From an uncultured Dehalococcoidia bacterium (GTDB lineage: Bacteria > Chloroflexota > Dehalococcoidia > UBA2247 > RBG-13-53-26), in NCBI GenBank assembly GCA_964475375.1, contig CAYYWI010000006.1:1-55907 (forward strand): DNA of 55,907 nt. Reading direction: 5' to 3'. The stretch's first letter is position 1. Every line of letters starts with the position of its first letter. Under the pieces are notes generated by a model. The model was not told where the DNA came from. It ran no database searches and saw only the letters and a list, made by a program, of their open reading frames with translations. Below are positions 20,041 to 28,671 of the stretch, piece after piece. Position numbers and translations under genes: made by a program.

Positions 20041-21171
20041 ATGATAGAACCCATGCGGGGCGGATACTATAGAGGATCCGACAGAGGTAAAGCTCCCGCC
20101 TTGATCAAAGTAATCGGCGTTGGTGGTGGCGGATGTAACACCGTTCGACGCATGATGCGCGCCCGTCAGATTCCGGGCGTGGAATATGCCGTAGCTAATA
20201 CTGATGTTAAATCCCTGGACCTTATTCAAGGAGCACTATCCCTGCAAATAGGTGAGCACCTGACTCACGGCTTCGGAGCCGGCGGGGACGCCAGAGTCGG
20301 CCAGAAAGCCGCAGAGGAAGGCGAGTTCCTGGTCAAGAGAGCCGTCAAAGATGCTGAGATGGTGTTCATTACAGTGGGTATGGGAGGAGGCACCGGCACC
20401 GGTGCTGCTCCGGTCGTAGCCCAAATAGCCAAGGAATCGGGTGCCTTGGTTATAGCCGTGGTAACCACCCCCTTCTCGTTCGAGGGCAAGAAGCGCTTTG
20501 AGGTTGCCACTTCAGGTCTCGACCGACTCAGAAACATGGTCGATAACATGATCATTATCCACAATGACAAGCTCCTTCAATATTCGGAGCACAACGCCAG
20601 CATAAGTCAGGCTTTTGCTATGGCTGACGATGTGGTCTGCGAAGGTATCATGAGCGTCTCTTCACTGGTCAACGTCCCCGGCGAGATCAACGTGGACATG
20701 GCCGACGTTAAGAACGTCATGCGCATCCCGGGGGTCACCATCATGGCCATCGGTCAGGGTGCGGGTCAGCATCCAGCCATGGATGCAGCCGAGCAAGCCA
20801 TGAACAACCCTCTGATAGACGTAACCATGAAGGGTGCAAAGGGTCTGCTCATCAGCTTCTCCGGCGGTCCCGATCTGACCCTCGGTGAGGTCAACGAGGC
20901 AGCCACACTGATCAGCCGGGAGTGCGACCCCAACTGCATGTTCAAGTTCGGCCTGGCCACACTCAGCGAGGAGCTCAGGAGCAAGTCCAAGGTCACCCTG
21001 ATAGCGACGGGCATACGGTCCACCAATCCGCTCTATGCCACAACCGGCACATCGAGCTATTCTTCATCATCAGCACCGTCACCGGCACAATCAGCCGCAT
21101 CAACCGCCAGCAGATGGCTGTCGGGTCTGGGGAAGAGGCTCGGCGACTCCAGTGGCAATCGCAGGTTCTAG
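20041..21171 (+). CDS. ftsZ: FtsZ-family tubulin-like GTPase, paralogue 2
   Basis: KVIGVGGGGCNTV, GMGGGTGTGAAPVVA, TTPFSFEG and NVDMADV. AAAGGAGG RBS. Ser/Ala-rich C-terminal linker. Confidence 0.9.
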   Translation: MIEPMRGGYYRGSDRGKAPALIKVIGVGGGGCNTVRRMMRARQIPGVEYAVANTDVKSLDLIQGALSLQIGEHLTHGFGAGGDARVGQKAAEEGEFLVKRAVKDAEMVFITVGMGGGTGTGAAPVVAQIAKESGALVIAVVTTPFSFEGKKRFEVATSGLDRLRNMVDNMIIIHNDKLLQYSEHNASISQAFAMADDVVCEGIMSVSSLVNVPGEINVDMADVKNVMRIPGVTIMAIGQGAGQHPAMDAAEQAMNNPLIDVTMKGAKGLLISFSGGPDLTLGEVNEAATLISRECDPNCMFKFGLATLSEELRSKSKVTLIATGIRSTNPLYATTGTSSYSSSSAPSPAQSAASTASRWLSGLGKRLGDSSGNRRF

Positions 21172-21215
21172 GCGGACCCAACGAATCTAAGAGGAATCAA
21201 AAGGAGGTAGTCACA

Positions 21216-21434
21216 ATGACGCGAGTGCTAGGCTGGATCAACGTCGTGGCTGGCTTCTGCTTGCTGGTCTTGATCCTTTCAGGCGTCTTCAGTCGCCTGC
21301 TTACAAACATAGCAGACTGGAACAGCTTCAATACCCTTGCTGCCAAGATAGTTGTCTCGATAGCCGGGGTCCTGGCTATTCTCAGCTCCGTCTATCTGGT
21401 TGTCGGTCAAGTCCGAGAGCACAGCAAGAGCTAA
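21216..21434 (+). CDS. small two-TM hairpin membrane protein (family copy 2)
   Basis: AAAGGAGG RBS 7 nt before ATG 21216. MTRVLGWINVVAGFCLLVLILSGVF...AAKIVVSIAGVLAILSSVYLV. In the track it appears only as the tail of a longer out-of-context ORF (20922..21434). Confidence 0.6.
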   Translation: MTRVLGWINVVAGFCLLVLILSGVFSRLLTNIADWNSFNTLAAKIVVSIAGVLAILSSVYLVVGQVREHSKS

Positions 21435-21450
21435 CCTTCGTTCAACAGCG

Positions 21451-21483
21451 CAGGAGTTGGCTTGATACTCAAGCCAACTCCTG
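21451..21483 (+). promoter_or_regulatory. intercistronic perfect 15-bp stem-loop (no U-tract)
   Basis: caggagttggcttga-tac-tcaagccaactcctg between cassette 2 and FtsZ paralogue 3. It covers the TTG (21462) that the ORF track used as a start. Confidence 0.6.
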
Positions 21484-21509
21484 GAAACCTGAGAAAAGGA
21501 GAGGTCAGA

Positions 21510-22634
21510 ATGTTAGAGGGGACATTCAAACCAAAATCGAGAGATGATGCCGGCAGCCGGATAATTGCCCACATCAAGGTAATAGGGGTAGGCGGAGGCG
21601 GCTGCAACACCGTAAGGCGCATGATGCAGCACTGCGATATCGGAGGGCTCGAATACATCGTAGTGAACACCGATGTCAAATCTCTCGAATTGATTTCTCG
21701 CGGCTATTCAATACAGATCGGCTCGCACTTCACCCAGGGATTCGGTGCCGGAGGAGATCCTAAAGTAGGTGAAATGGCTGCCCGGGAAAACAGGATGGCG
21801 CTCCAGAAGGCATGCAGAGGAGCTGACCTTATATTCATTACTGCCGGAATGGGTGGCGGCACCGGAACCGGCTCTGCGCCGGTGGTCGCCGACATCGCCA
21901 AGGAAACCGGTGCGCTGGTTATTGCCGTCGTCACTACACCATTCACATTTGAAGGCCCGCGCAGAGCGGATGTGGCTTTCAATGGTCTGAAGACCCTCAT
22001 GGACAAGGTAAACAGCACCATTATTGTTCCCAACGACCACCTGCTCCGCCTCGGCGACCACGATGTGCCGATATCGAAGGCATTCGCCGCCGCCGACGCA
22101 GTTGTGTCCGAGGGCATCATATCTATATCCGAGCTCATCAACATCCCCGGCGAGATAAATGTCGACTTGGCCGACGTCAAGAGGGTCATGGGTATACCGG
22201 GTATATCCCTCATGGCTACAGGTCGGGGAGAAGGCCCCAACGGTGCAGAGCGAGCTGCTGAAGAAGTCATTTTTGAGCCCCTGCTGGAAACACATGTCAA
22301 CGGTGCCAAAGGAGTGCTCTTCTGCTTCTCCGGCGGCCCGGACCTGACTCTAGGCTCAGTGGAAAAGGCAGCCAGTCTCATCTCAAAGCACGTCGACCCG
22401 CATGCCATGATCTTCTTCGGCATGAACCTACCCAAGCCGGAGATGACCGGAAAGGTCAAGATAAACCTGGTGGCAACAGGCATAGATCCCGTTGCAGGCA
22501 GCACGTGGTTCGCACGACTGAAGCAAGCTTCAAAGGTACCGACAACCCAGCCTCAATCTCAGTCCCAACCACAATCTCAGCCGGGCAAACTGACCAGGCT
22601 GAGCATGGCATACGCTACCAAGCTGTTCCAATAG
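21510..22634 (+). CDS. ftsZ: FtsZ-family tubulin-like GTPase, paralogue 3
   Basis: KVIGVGGGGCNTV, GMGGGTGTGSAPVVA, TTPFTFEG and NVDLADV. AAGGAGAGG RBS before ATG 21510. PQSQSQPQSQP linker. Confidence 0.9.
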   Translation: MLEGTFKPKSRDDAGSRIIAHIKVIGVGGGGCNTVRRMMQHCDIGGLEYIVVNTDVKSLELISRGYSIQIGSHFTQGFGAGGDPKVGEMAARENRMALQKACRGADLIFITAGMGGGTGTGSAPVVADIAKETGALVIAVVTTPFTFEGPRRADVAFNGLKTLMDKVNSTIIVPNDHLLRLGDHDVPISKAFAAADAVVSEGIISISELINIPGEINVDLADVKRVMGIPGISLMATGRGEGPNGAERAAEEVIFEPLLETHVNGAKGVLFCFSGGPDLTLGSVEKAASLISKHVDPHAMIFFGMNLPKPEMTGKVKINLVATGIDPVAGSTWFARLKQASKVPTTQPQSQSQPQSQPGKLTRLSMAYATKLFQ

Positions 22635-22691
22635 AGTCGCGCTTGAGAGACAGCAGATAGATATTAAGTAAGAGAAAAGGGAGGAAAGAAG

Positions 22692-22886
22692 ATGCCACAG
22701 CTACTATCATGGATGAATATGATGGCAGGTTTGATACTCTTCTTCTCAATGTCAGGGATAAGCAACTGGCTGATATTCACTTCATCTGAGGCCAAGATAT
22801 TCCCCTTCATACTGGGTATACTCCTCCTCTCCAATGCAGTCTACCTGGCACTGGCAAGAGGGGAATTCTGGGCTCGCCGCAGCTAG
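22692..22886 (+). CDS. small two-TM hairpin membrane protein (family copy 3)
   Basis: AGGGAGG RBS. MPQLLSWMNMMAGLILFFSMSGISNWLIFTSSEAKIFPFILGILLLSNAVYLA is close to copy 1a. Confidence 0.65.
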   Translation: MPQLLSWMNMMAGLILFFSMSGISNWLIFTSSEAKIFPFILGILLLSNAVYLALARGEFWARRS

Positions 22887-23014
22887 AAGAGTAATCAGCG
22901 GGTCAGCGCAGGTCGTCTGTCTCAACGGTGCCAACCTGACTTGGCCTGCGCTGCAGACAACCATAGAAACGTCAAGGTTAATTCACATCTCGGGGAAGAG
23001 AGAAGGGAGGAGCA

Positions 23015-23104
23015 ATGCTGAGCAGGACTGATGTGATGGTATGGGGAATGGTGATGGTAGTGATGTGCATGATAGCAATCGAAATTGTGAGGACTCAACT
23101 CTAG
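23015..23104 (+). CDS. possible 29-aa single-TM micropeptide
   Basis: GGGAGGAG RBS 4 nt before ATG. MLSRTDVMVWGMVMVVMCMIAIEIVRTQL. Very short, so low confidence. Confidence 0.2.
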   Translation: MLSRTDVMVWGMVMVVMCMIAIEIVRTQL

Positions 23105-23421
23105 TCCGGAATTCGCTGGAGATCGGGAAAAACAACGCCGTCGGGCTTCTAGTTCGGCATCGTTATTTTTCCAGGTGGGCGAGAAAATCTATGATAGCAA
23201 GAACACCAGACGGCGAGACTCTGAAAGCGACTGGGGCTGATGAGCAAGAAGTAACCTGGGCTCGCAGAACCAGAAAGATATGCGGATCGCCAATGAATCC
23301 AACGATATCACAAGTCAATTGCTATGCGGCAATCCGACGCTGGATGTATTGCCGCAGTTCAGAATCAAGGGCAACCTCGTTAGGCCCGACTACGGGATGT
23401 GCGTTGAGGCGGAGGTGACAC

Positions 23422-23640
23422 ATGAAACAGAAGATAACCGTCAATAAAATACTAAAAAGAACCAGAAGCCCGCTTAGAAGAGGGATAATAGCCGTCGGCG
23501 TGGCTTTGATAGTGTTCCCGGAGCCCATCACCACAGCGGTCGGCACAGCAATGGTAGGCATCTCTCTGGCTGTTCCCGAACCGCGCAGCATGGCCTTGGT
23601 CTATTCCGGTGCAACTGTTAGGAAAGGCCGGGTTGGGTAA
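23422..23640 (+). CDS. small membrane protein (72 aa)
   Basis: GGAGGTG RBS 5 nt before ATG. Basic N-terminus followed by two hydrophobic stretches (GIIAVGVALIVFPEPITTAVGTAMVGISLAV). Confidence 0.4.
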   Translation: MKQKITVNKILKRTRSPLRRGIIAVGVALIVFPEPITTAVGTAMVGISLAVPEPRSMALVYSGATVRKGRVG

Positions 23641-23885
23641 CGATAGCACTGTGTAGTCAGGCAGAGACACTTAGAGGTTTGAGATAAGTGATCAAAGAGT
23701 GCATCAGCAAGCAGGCTAGGAGCAAGGTTGTGCCCCCCCACCCTTGCTTGGCAGCCTCTCCTCATGGCCACAAATGCCAAATTCCACGGCGTCTTCAGGC
23801 CTTATAACAGCTAGACTATCTGCACTAGCCTGCTTGCTGGTCACATACCACCCACAGAAATGGCCATCCTGTGGCAGTGGAGCTA

Positions 23886-24803
23886 CTAAGCAGAATCAAA
23901 AAGCCTTTTCTGTACCTCGCCCAGACGATCCAGCCCTTTTATCTCATAGGCAAACATGGGTACCCTGGTAGAACCCATCCCCTGCATACCCTCGACCTCA
24001 GCAAGATACTTCTGCTGCAATTCCGCCTTCTTACGAAGAAAGGGGGAGTCCGCCTCTTCAACCACCTGGTTGATGATTATATGGTTTATGCTCAGACCGT
24101 AACTCCGGAACTCTCCGAGGATATCTTGAAGCTGGTGTACAGCCAGAGCTTCAGGTATAGTAACCAGGTTGAACTGCACCTGCTCCTTGAGAAATGCCAT
24201 GTCCTTGTTGGACAGCTGCTCCCAATCCTTAATCACCCCCAGAACCGACCGCTTCAGATTCTGTGTTGACTTAAGTGAGGAGTAGATCTTGACAGCCGGT
24301 TTCAGGTGGCGGTTCATCATAGACGGCATGCGCAGTAGGCCGAGGGTCTGCCCCGCTGGCGCCGTGTCCCACACAATTCTGTCGAACTCCTGGGACTCGC
24401 TGAGTTCGCGGATGTAGTCCACCATAAACTCATCTTTTATCCCCGGCAACATAGTGGCCACATAGCGAACGAACTCCTGGTATTCAATCTCCACGAAAGT
24501 CGAGAACACGTCATATACCTGGGAACCGAACTTGCGATCCCACAGAATCTTGACATTGTCATAGCTGATCTCGTCCAGGTAGAGGTTGTCAGTCACCTTT
24601 GCCGGCTTGTCAGATGAGTCAACCTCAAAGATGTCCCTGAGGGAAGGCGTGAAGTCAGTCGATATGATGAGGGTCTTCCTGCCATTGCCGGCATGATGAA
24701 GAGCAGTAGCAGCGGCCGACGTTGTCTTGCCGACCCCACCCTTGCCGCAAAACATCATTACTTTCTTAGAGCCGAGCTCAGAAATGCCTGCAACTGCGCA
24801 CAT
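23886..24803 (-). CDS. ArsA/GET3-family P-loop ATPase (single domain)
   Basis: Deviant Walker A CGKGGVGKTT, then ISTD and WDTAPAGQTLGLL (DTAPTGHT-like switch). Confidence 0.8.
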   Translation of the reverse strand: MCAVAGISELGSKKVMMFCGKGGVGKTTSAAATALHHAGNGRKTLIISTDFTPSLRDIFEVDSSDKPAKVTDNLYLDEISYDNVKILWDRKFGSQVYDVFSTFVEIEYQEFVRYVATMLPGIKDEFMVDYIRELSESQEFDRIVWDTAPAGQTLGLLRMPSMMNRHLKPAVKIYSSLKSTQNLKRSVLGVIKDWEQLSNKDMAFLKEQVQFNLVTIPEALAVHQLQDILGEFRSYGLSINHIIINQVVEEADSPFLRKKAELQQKYLAEVEGMQGMGSTRVPMFAYEIKGLDRLGEVQKRLFDSA

Positions 24804-24889
24804 TGGAATCTTATGTTAACATAGAAATAGAGGCAATGCTATTTACATCTCTCAACCTCTGAAAATAAAATGTCCCACAAATTTTGGTA

Positions 24890-24918
24890 TTGACAGTACC
24901 TGTAGATGGTTCTATAAT
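24890..24918 (+). promoter_or_regulatory. consensus sigma70 promoter for rpoBC
   Basis: TTGACA (24890-24895), exactly 17 nt, then TATAAT (24913-24918), ~120 nt upstream of the rpoB start in an AT-rich gap. Confidence 0.55.
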
Positions 24919-25036
24919 TGTAAGTTGCGCGTAAATGCGAAATCTTTCCTCGTTGTGTTTGTTTCCATCATTAGTTAAGTGATCCCCTTCTTTTTCATTT
25001 TGGCGCTTTCATGCCCAGCAAAGGAGTGTGTAGGAG

Positions 25037-28000
25037 TTGATTCGCACTACATCATTATCTGATCCCATGGATACCTCCCGGAGATCTTTCGCCAAGACTT
25101 CCCCGGTCCTGAGAATACCCAACTTGATCCAAGTCCAGTTTGACTCCTTCCGTCGTTTCCTCGAGATCGGCTTGAGGGAGTTGTTCGAGAACCTGGCAAT
25201 TCAGGACATGGCCGGGACCCGCTTGGAGCTCCGCTTTGTTAATTGCGAGCTTGGCCAGCCAAAGAACCCCATACCCGCTTGCCGTGAACGCGATCTTACT
25301 TACTCTGCTCCCCTCTATGCCAAGGTGCAGCTGCTGGTCAAGGAGACAGGCGAGATAAAAGAGCAGAACATCTTCATCGCTGATGTCCCCTTGATGACCC
25401 CAACGGGCACATTCATCATAAACGGCGCCGAGCGGGTGGTCGTCAGCCAGTTGATCCGTTCGCCCGGCCTCTATCTCACCATAGAAACCGATCTTACCAC
25501 CGGGCGAGAACTCTGCTATGGCAAACTCATACCTGAGCATGGGTCCTGGCTGGATTTCGAAACCAGCAGCAAGGACATAGTATGGGTGAAGGTCAATGGC
25601 AAGAGACGCTTCCCGGTCACCACGCTTCTTCGAGCCATAGGCTATCCGTCCACAGAAGAACTGACCAGCCTTTTCCAGGAAGTTGATAACTCGCCTGATC
25701 ATTCCTTCATCGCAGCCAGCGCCAAGCAGGACTCCTTCATCAAGAGCGAGAATGATGCCATACTGGAAATATACAGGCGCCTGCGGCCCGGCGATCTGCC
25801 CAACATTGAAAACGCCCGAAACCTGCTGAATAACCTGTTCTTCCATCCGCGACACTACAACCTGGGCAAGGTAGGACGCTATAAGCTCAACAAGCGCCTG
25901 GGGCAGGAATCAGCAGCCCAGGCGAATTTGCTGGCGCTGACCAAAGATGATCTGGTGGCTATAGTTCGCCACATCATCATGGTCAACAACGGTGTGGAAG
26001 CCCCCGATGACATCGACCATCTGAGCAACAGAAGACTTCGCACCGTCGGCGAGTTGATACAAAACCAGTTGCGTGTAGCACTGCTGAACCTGGAGCGCAT
26101 GGTAAAAGAGCGCATGAGCATTGTGGACACGGCCACAGTCACACCCAATGCCCTGATAAACACCAGGCCGATCACCACCGCCATCCGCGATTTCTTCAGT
26201 GGATCCCCGCTCTGCCAGTTCATGGATCAGACTAACCCGCTGGCGGAACTGACCAACAAACGGCGACTCTCAACCTTGGGCCCCGGTGGTCTCTCCAGAG
26301 ACCGGGCCGGATTCGAAGTGCGCGACATCCATCATTCACACTACGGCCGCATTTGCCCCATCGAAACTCCGGAAGGACCAAACATCGGTTTGATTGCCTC
26401 GCTGGCCACTTATGGGGCCGTCGACGAATACGGCTTCATCGTTACACCATATCGAAGAGTTATTCGTGAGCTGAAGAATACCGACCAACAACTTGTGAAC
26501 CGGACCCTGGGAGAAACGGTGACCCAGGACGGCAAGAGCATTGCCAAGGAAGGCGCCCGCGTGACCCCGAACCTTTTCAAAGAAATCTCCGCCCTGTCTT
26601 CGAGAAAAGTCAAGGTTGTGCCGTTCGTTTCACAAGAGATCGTCTATCTATCCGCTGACCGGGAGGAAGACTATATCATCGCTCAGGCCAGCGCTCCGCT
26701 CAACGCCAATGACGAGTTCAGCGAGAGCAAGATAGAAGCCAGAAAGGGAGAGCAGTTCCCCAGGGTTTCACCGGAGAACGTTGACCTCATGGACGTCTCT
26801 CCAAAACAGATTGTGGGCGTCTCCGCATCGCTGATCCCATTCCTGGAGCATGACGACGCCAACCGTGCCCTGATGGGATCCAACATGGAGCGGCAAGCTG
26901 TGCCCCTGCTCTGCGCTGAGTCCCCCGCAGTGGGAACCGGAATGGAACGCCAGGTGGCCAGGGACAGCGGCCAATTGGTCATAGCTGAAAGCGAAGGTGA
27001 TGTAGTCTCTGCCACCTCCAGAGAGATAGTGATCAGGACTGATGATGGTGAAGAGCATAGTTTCCCATTGATGAAATTCGTTCGCACCAACCAGGGGACC
27101 TGCATCAACCAGCATCCCATCGTAAAGAAAGGCGATCGAGTCAAGCCGGGGCATGTGCTGGCTGACAGCTCAGCTACCGATCAGGGGATTCTGGCCCTCG
27201 GTCAAAACGTACTCTGCGCCTTCATGAGTTGGGAAGGCTACAACTTCGAAGACGCCATTATTGTGTCGGAGAAGCTGGTTAAGGAAGACAAGTTCACCTC
27301 GATCCACATTGAGAGATATGAGGTCGAGGCCAGAGAAACCAAGCTGGGCGCAGAGGAAATCACCAGAGATATACCCAACGTCGGCGAAGAGAGCTTGCGC
27401 AAGCTCGATGATGAAGGCATTGTGCAGGTTGGCGCTGACGTCGAATCAGGAGACATCCTGGTAGGCAAGATCACTCCGAAGGGAGAGACCGAGCTGAGCG
27501 CTGAGGAGAAGCTGCTGCGGGTGATCTTCGGCGAGAAGGCCCGGGAAGTAAAGGACACCTCCCTGCGGGTACCTCACGGAGAGAGAGGGCTGGTAATCGC
27601 GGTGAAGATCTTTACCAACCGTGACGAACTGCCCGAGGGCGTGAGCAAGCTGGTGCGTGTGTGGGTGGCCCAGAAGCGCAAGGCATCAGAAGGAGATAAA
27701 CTAGCCGGGCGTCATGGCAACAAAGGTGTAATCTCCCGCATCCTGCCGGTGGAAGATATGCCCTTCCTGCCCGATGGGACGCCTATAGACATTGTGCTTA
27801 ATCCCATTGGTGTGCCGTCTCGTATGAACCTGGGACAGATCTTCGAGACCCATCTCGGCTGGGCTGCCACAGAGTTGGGGTTCAAAGCGGACTGTCCAGT
27901 ATTCGAAAGCGCCGACACTGCCGTAGTCGAGGATGCGCTGGCAAGGGCATGGATAGTCCGCGAAGCCAATGCCGCCGGCAGCGACTCAGATACAAAAGGC

Positions 28001-28645
28001 AGACTGGAACGCGCCAAGGAATGGTTGCAGGAGCAGGGGTACAACCCGGCAGTAGTGTTCAGTGAGGAATATAACGGTGAGGCCAGGCGAGCCTGCATCC
28101 GCCTCTGGCTCAAGGGATTCGGTGTCAACACAGAAGGACTCACTGACCAGGAGATTCAGAAACAAGTCGAGAAGGTCAGCAAACAAGGATCAGTCTCTCC
28201 TCCAATTTATGGAAAGACTACGCTATACGACGGCCGCACCGGTCAGCCATTCGACCAGCCGGTGACGGTGGGTTGTGTCTATATGATGAAACTGATCCAC
28301 CTTGTGGAGGACAAGGTGCACGCACGCTCCACCGGTCCATACACCCTGATCACTCAGCAGCCCCTGGGCGGCAAAGCCCAGTTCGGCGGACAGCGGTTCG
28401 GTGAGATGGAGGTCTGGGCACTTGAGGCGTACGGAGCTGCACATACCCTCCAGGAACTGCTGACCATCAAGTCAGATGATATCGCCGGTCGAGCCAAGGC
28501 TTACGAGGCCATCACCAAGGGCGAAGACGTGCATCCACCGGGTCTGCCGGAATCCTTCAATGTCCTCGTCCGCGAACTCCAGAGCCTCGGGCTCGCTGTA
28601 GAGCTTTTCGTGAATGAGGGCCCCAGTCCGAAGAAGAATGAATAG
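25037..28645 (+). CDS. rpoB: DNA-directed RNA polymerase subunit beta
   Basis: 1202-aa ORF with hallmark beta motifs ([50 protein letters not shown]). Start is TTG 25037 or ATG 25067. Confidence 0.95.
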   Translation: MIRTTSLSDPMDTSRRSFAKTSPVLRIPNLIQVQFDSFRRFLEIGLRELFENLAIQDMAGTRLELRFVNCELGQPKNPIPACRERDLTYSAPLYAKVQLLVKETGEIKEQNIFIADVPLMTPTGTFIINGAERVVVSQLIRSPGLYLTIETDLTTGRELCYGKLIPEHGSWLDFETSSKDIVWVKVNGKRRFPVTTLLRAIGYPSTEELTSLFQEVDNSPDHSFIAASAKQDSFIKSENDAILEIYRRLRPGDLPNIENARNLLNNLFFHPRHYNLGKVGRYKLNKRLGQESAAQANLLALTKDDLVAIVRHIIMVNNGVEAPDDIDHLSNRRLRTVGELIQNQLRVALLNLERMVKERMSIVDTATVTPNALINTRPITTAIRDFFSGSPLCQFMDQTNPLAELTNKRRLSTLGPGGLSRDRAGFEVRDIHHSHYGRICPIETPEGPNIGLIASLATYGAVDEYGFIVTPYRRVIRELKNTDQQLVNRTLGETVTQDGKSIAKEGARVTPNLFKEISALSSRKVKVVPFVSQEIVYLSADREEDYIIAQASAPLNANDEFSESKIEARKGEQFPRVSPENVDLMDVSPKQIVGVSASLIPFLEHDDANRALMGSNMERQAVPLLCAESPAVGTGMERQVARDSGQLVIAESEGDVVSATSREIVIRTDDGEEHSFPLMKFVRTNQGTCINQHPIVKKGDRVKPGHVLADSSATDQGILALGQNVLCAFMSWEGYNFEDAIIVSEKLVKEDKFTSIHIERYEVEARETKLGAEEITRDIPNVGEESLRKLDDEGIVQVGADVESGDILVGKITPKGETELSAEEKLLRVIFGEKAREVKDTSLRVPHGERGLVIAVKIFTNRDELPEGVSKLVRVWVAQKRKASEGDKLAGRHGNKGVISRILPVEDMPFLPDGTPIDIVLNPIGVPSRMNLGQIFETHLGWAATELGFKADCPVFESADTAVVEDALARAWIVREANAAGSDSDTKGRLERAKEWLQEQGYNPAVVFSEEYNGEARRACIRLWLKGFGVNTEGLTDQEIQKQVEKVSKQGSVSPPIYGKTTLYDGRTGQPFDQPVTVGCVYMMKLIHLVEDKVHARSTGPYTLITQQPLGGKAQFGGQRFGEMEVWALEAYGAAHTLQELLTIKSDDIAGRAKAYEAITKGEDVHPPGLPESFNVLVRELQSLGLAVELFVNEGPSPKKNE

Positions 28646-28671
28646 AAGCCAATCTCCAAGGAGGAATACCT

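Noticed and set aside
23041-23418. 125-aa plus-strand ORF between the small-protein genes
   Set aside because: It has no convincing RBS, an odd Arg/Cys/Trp-rich composition, and it overlaps the better-supported 29-aa ORF. I left it unannotated, and I cannot exclude a real gene here.
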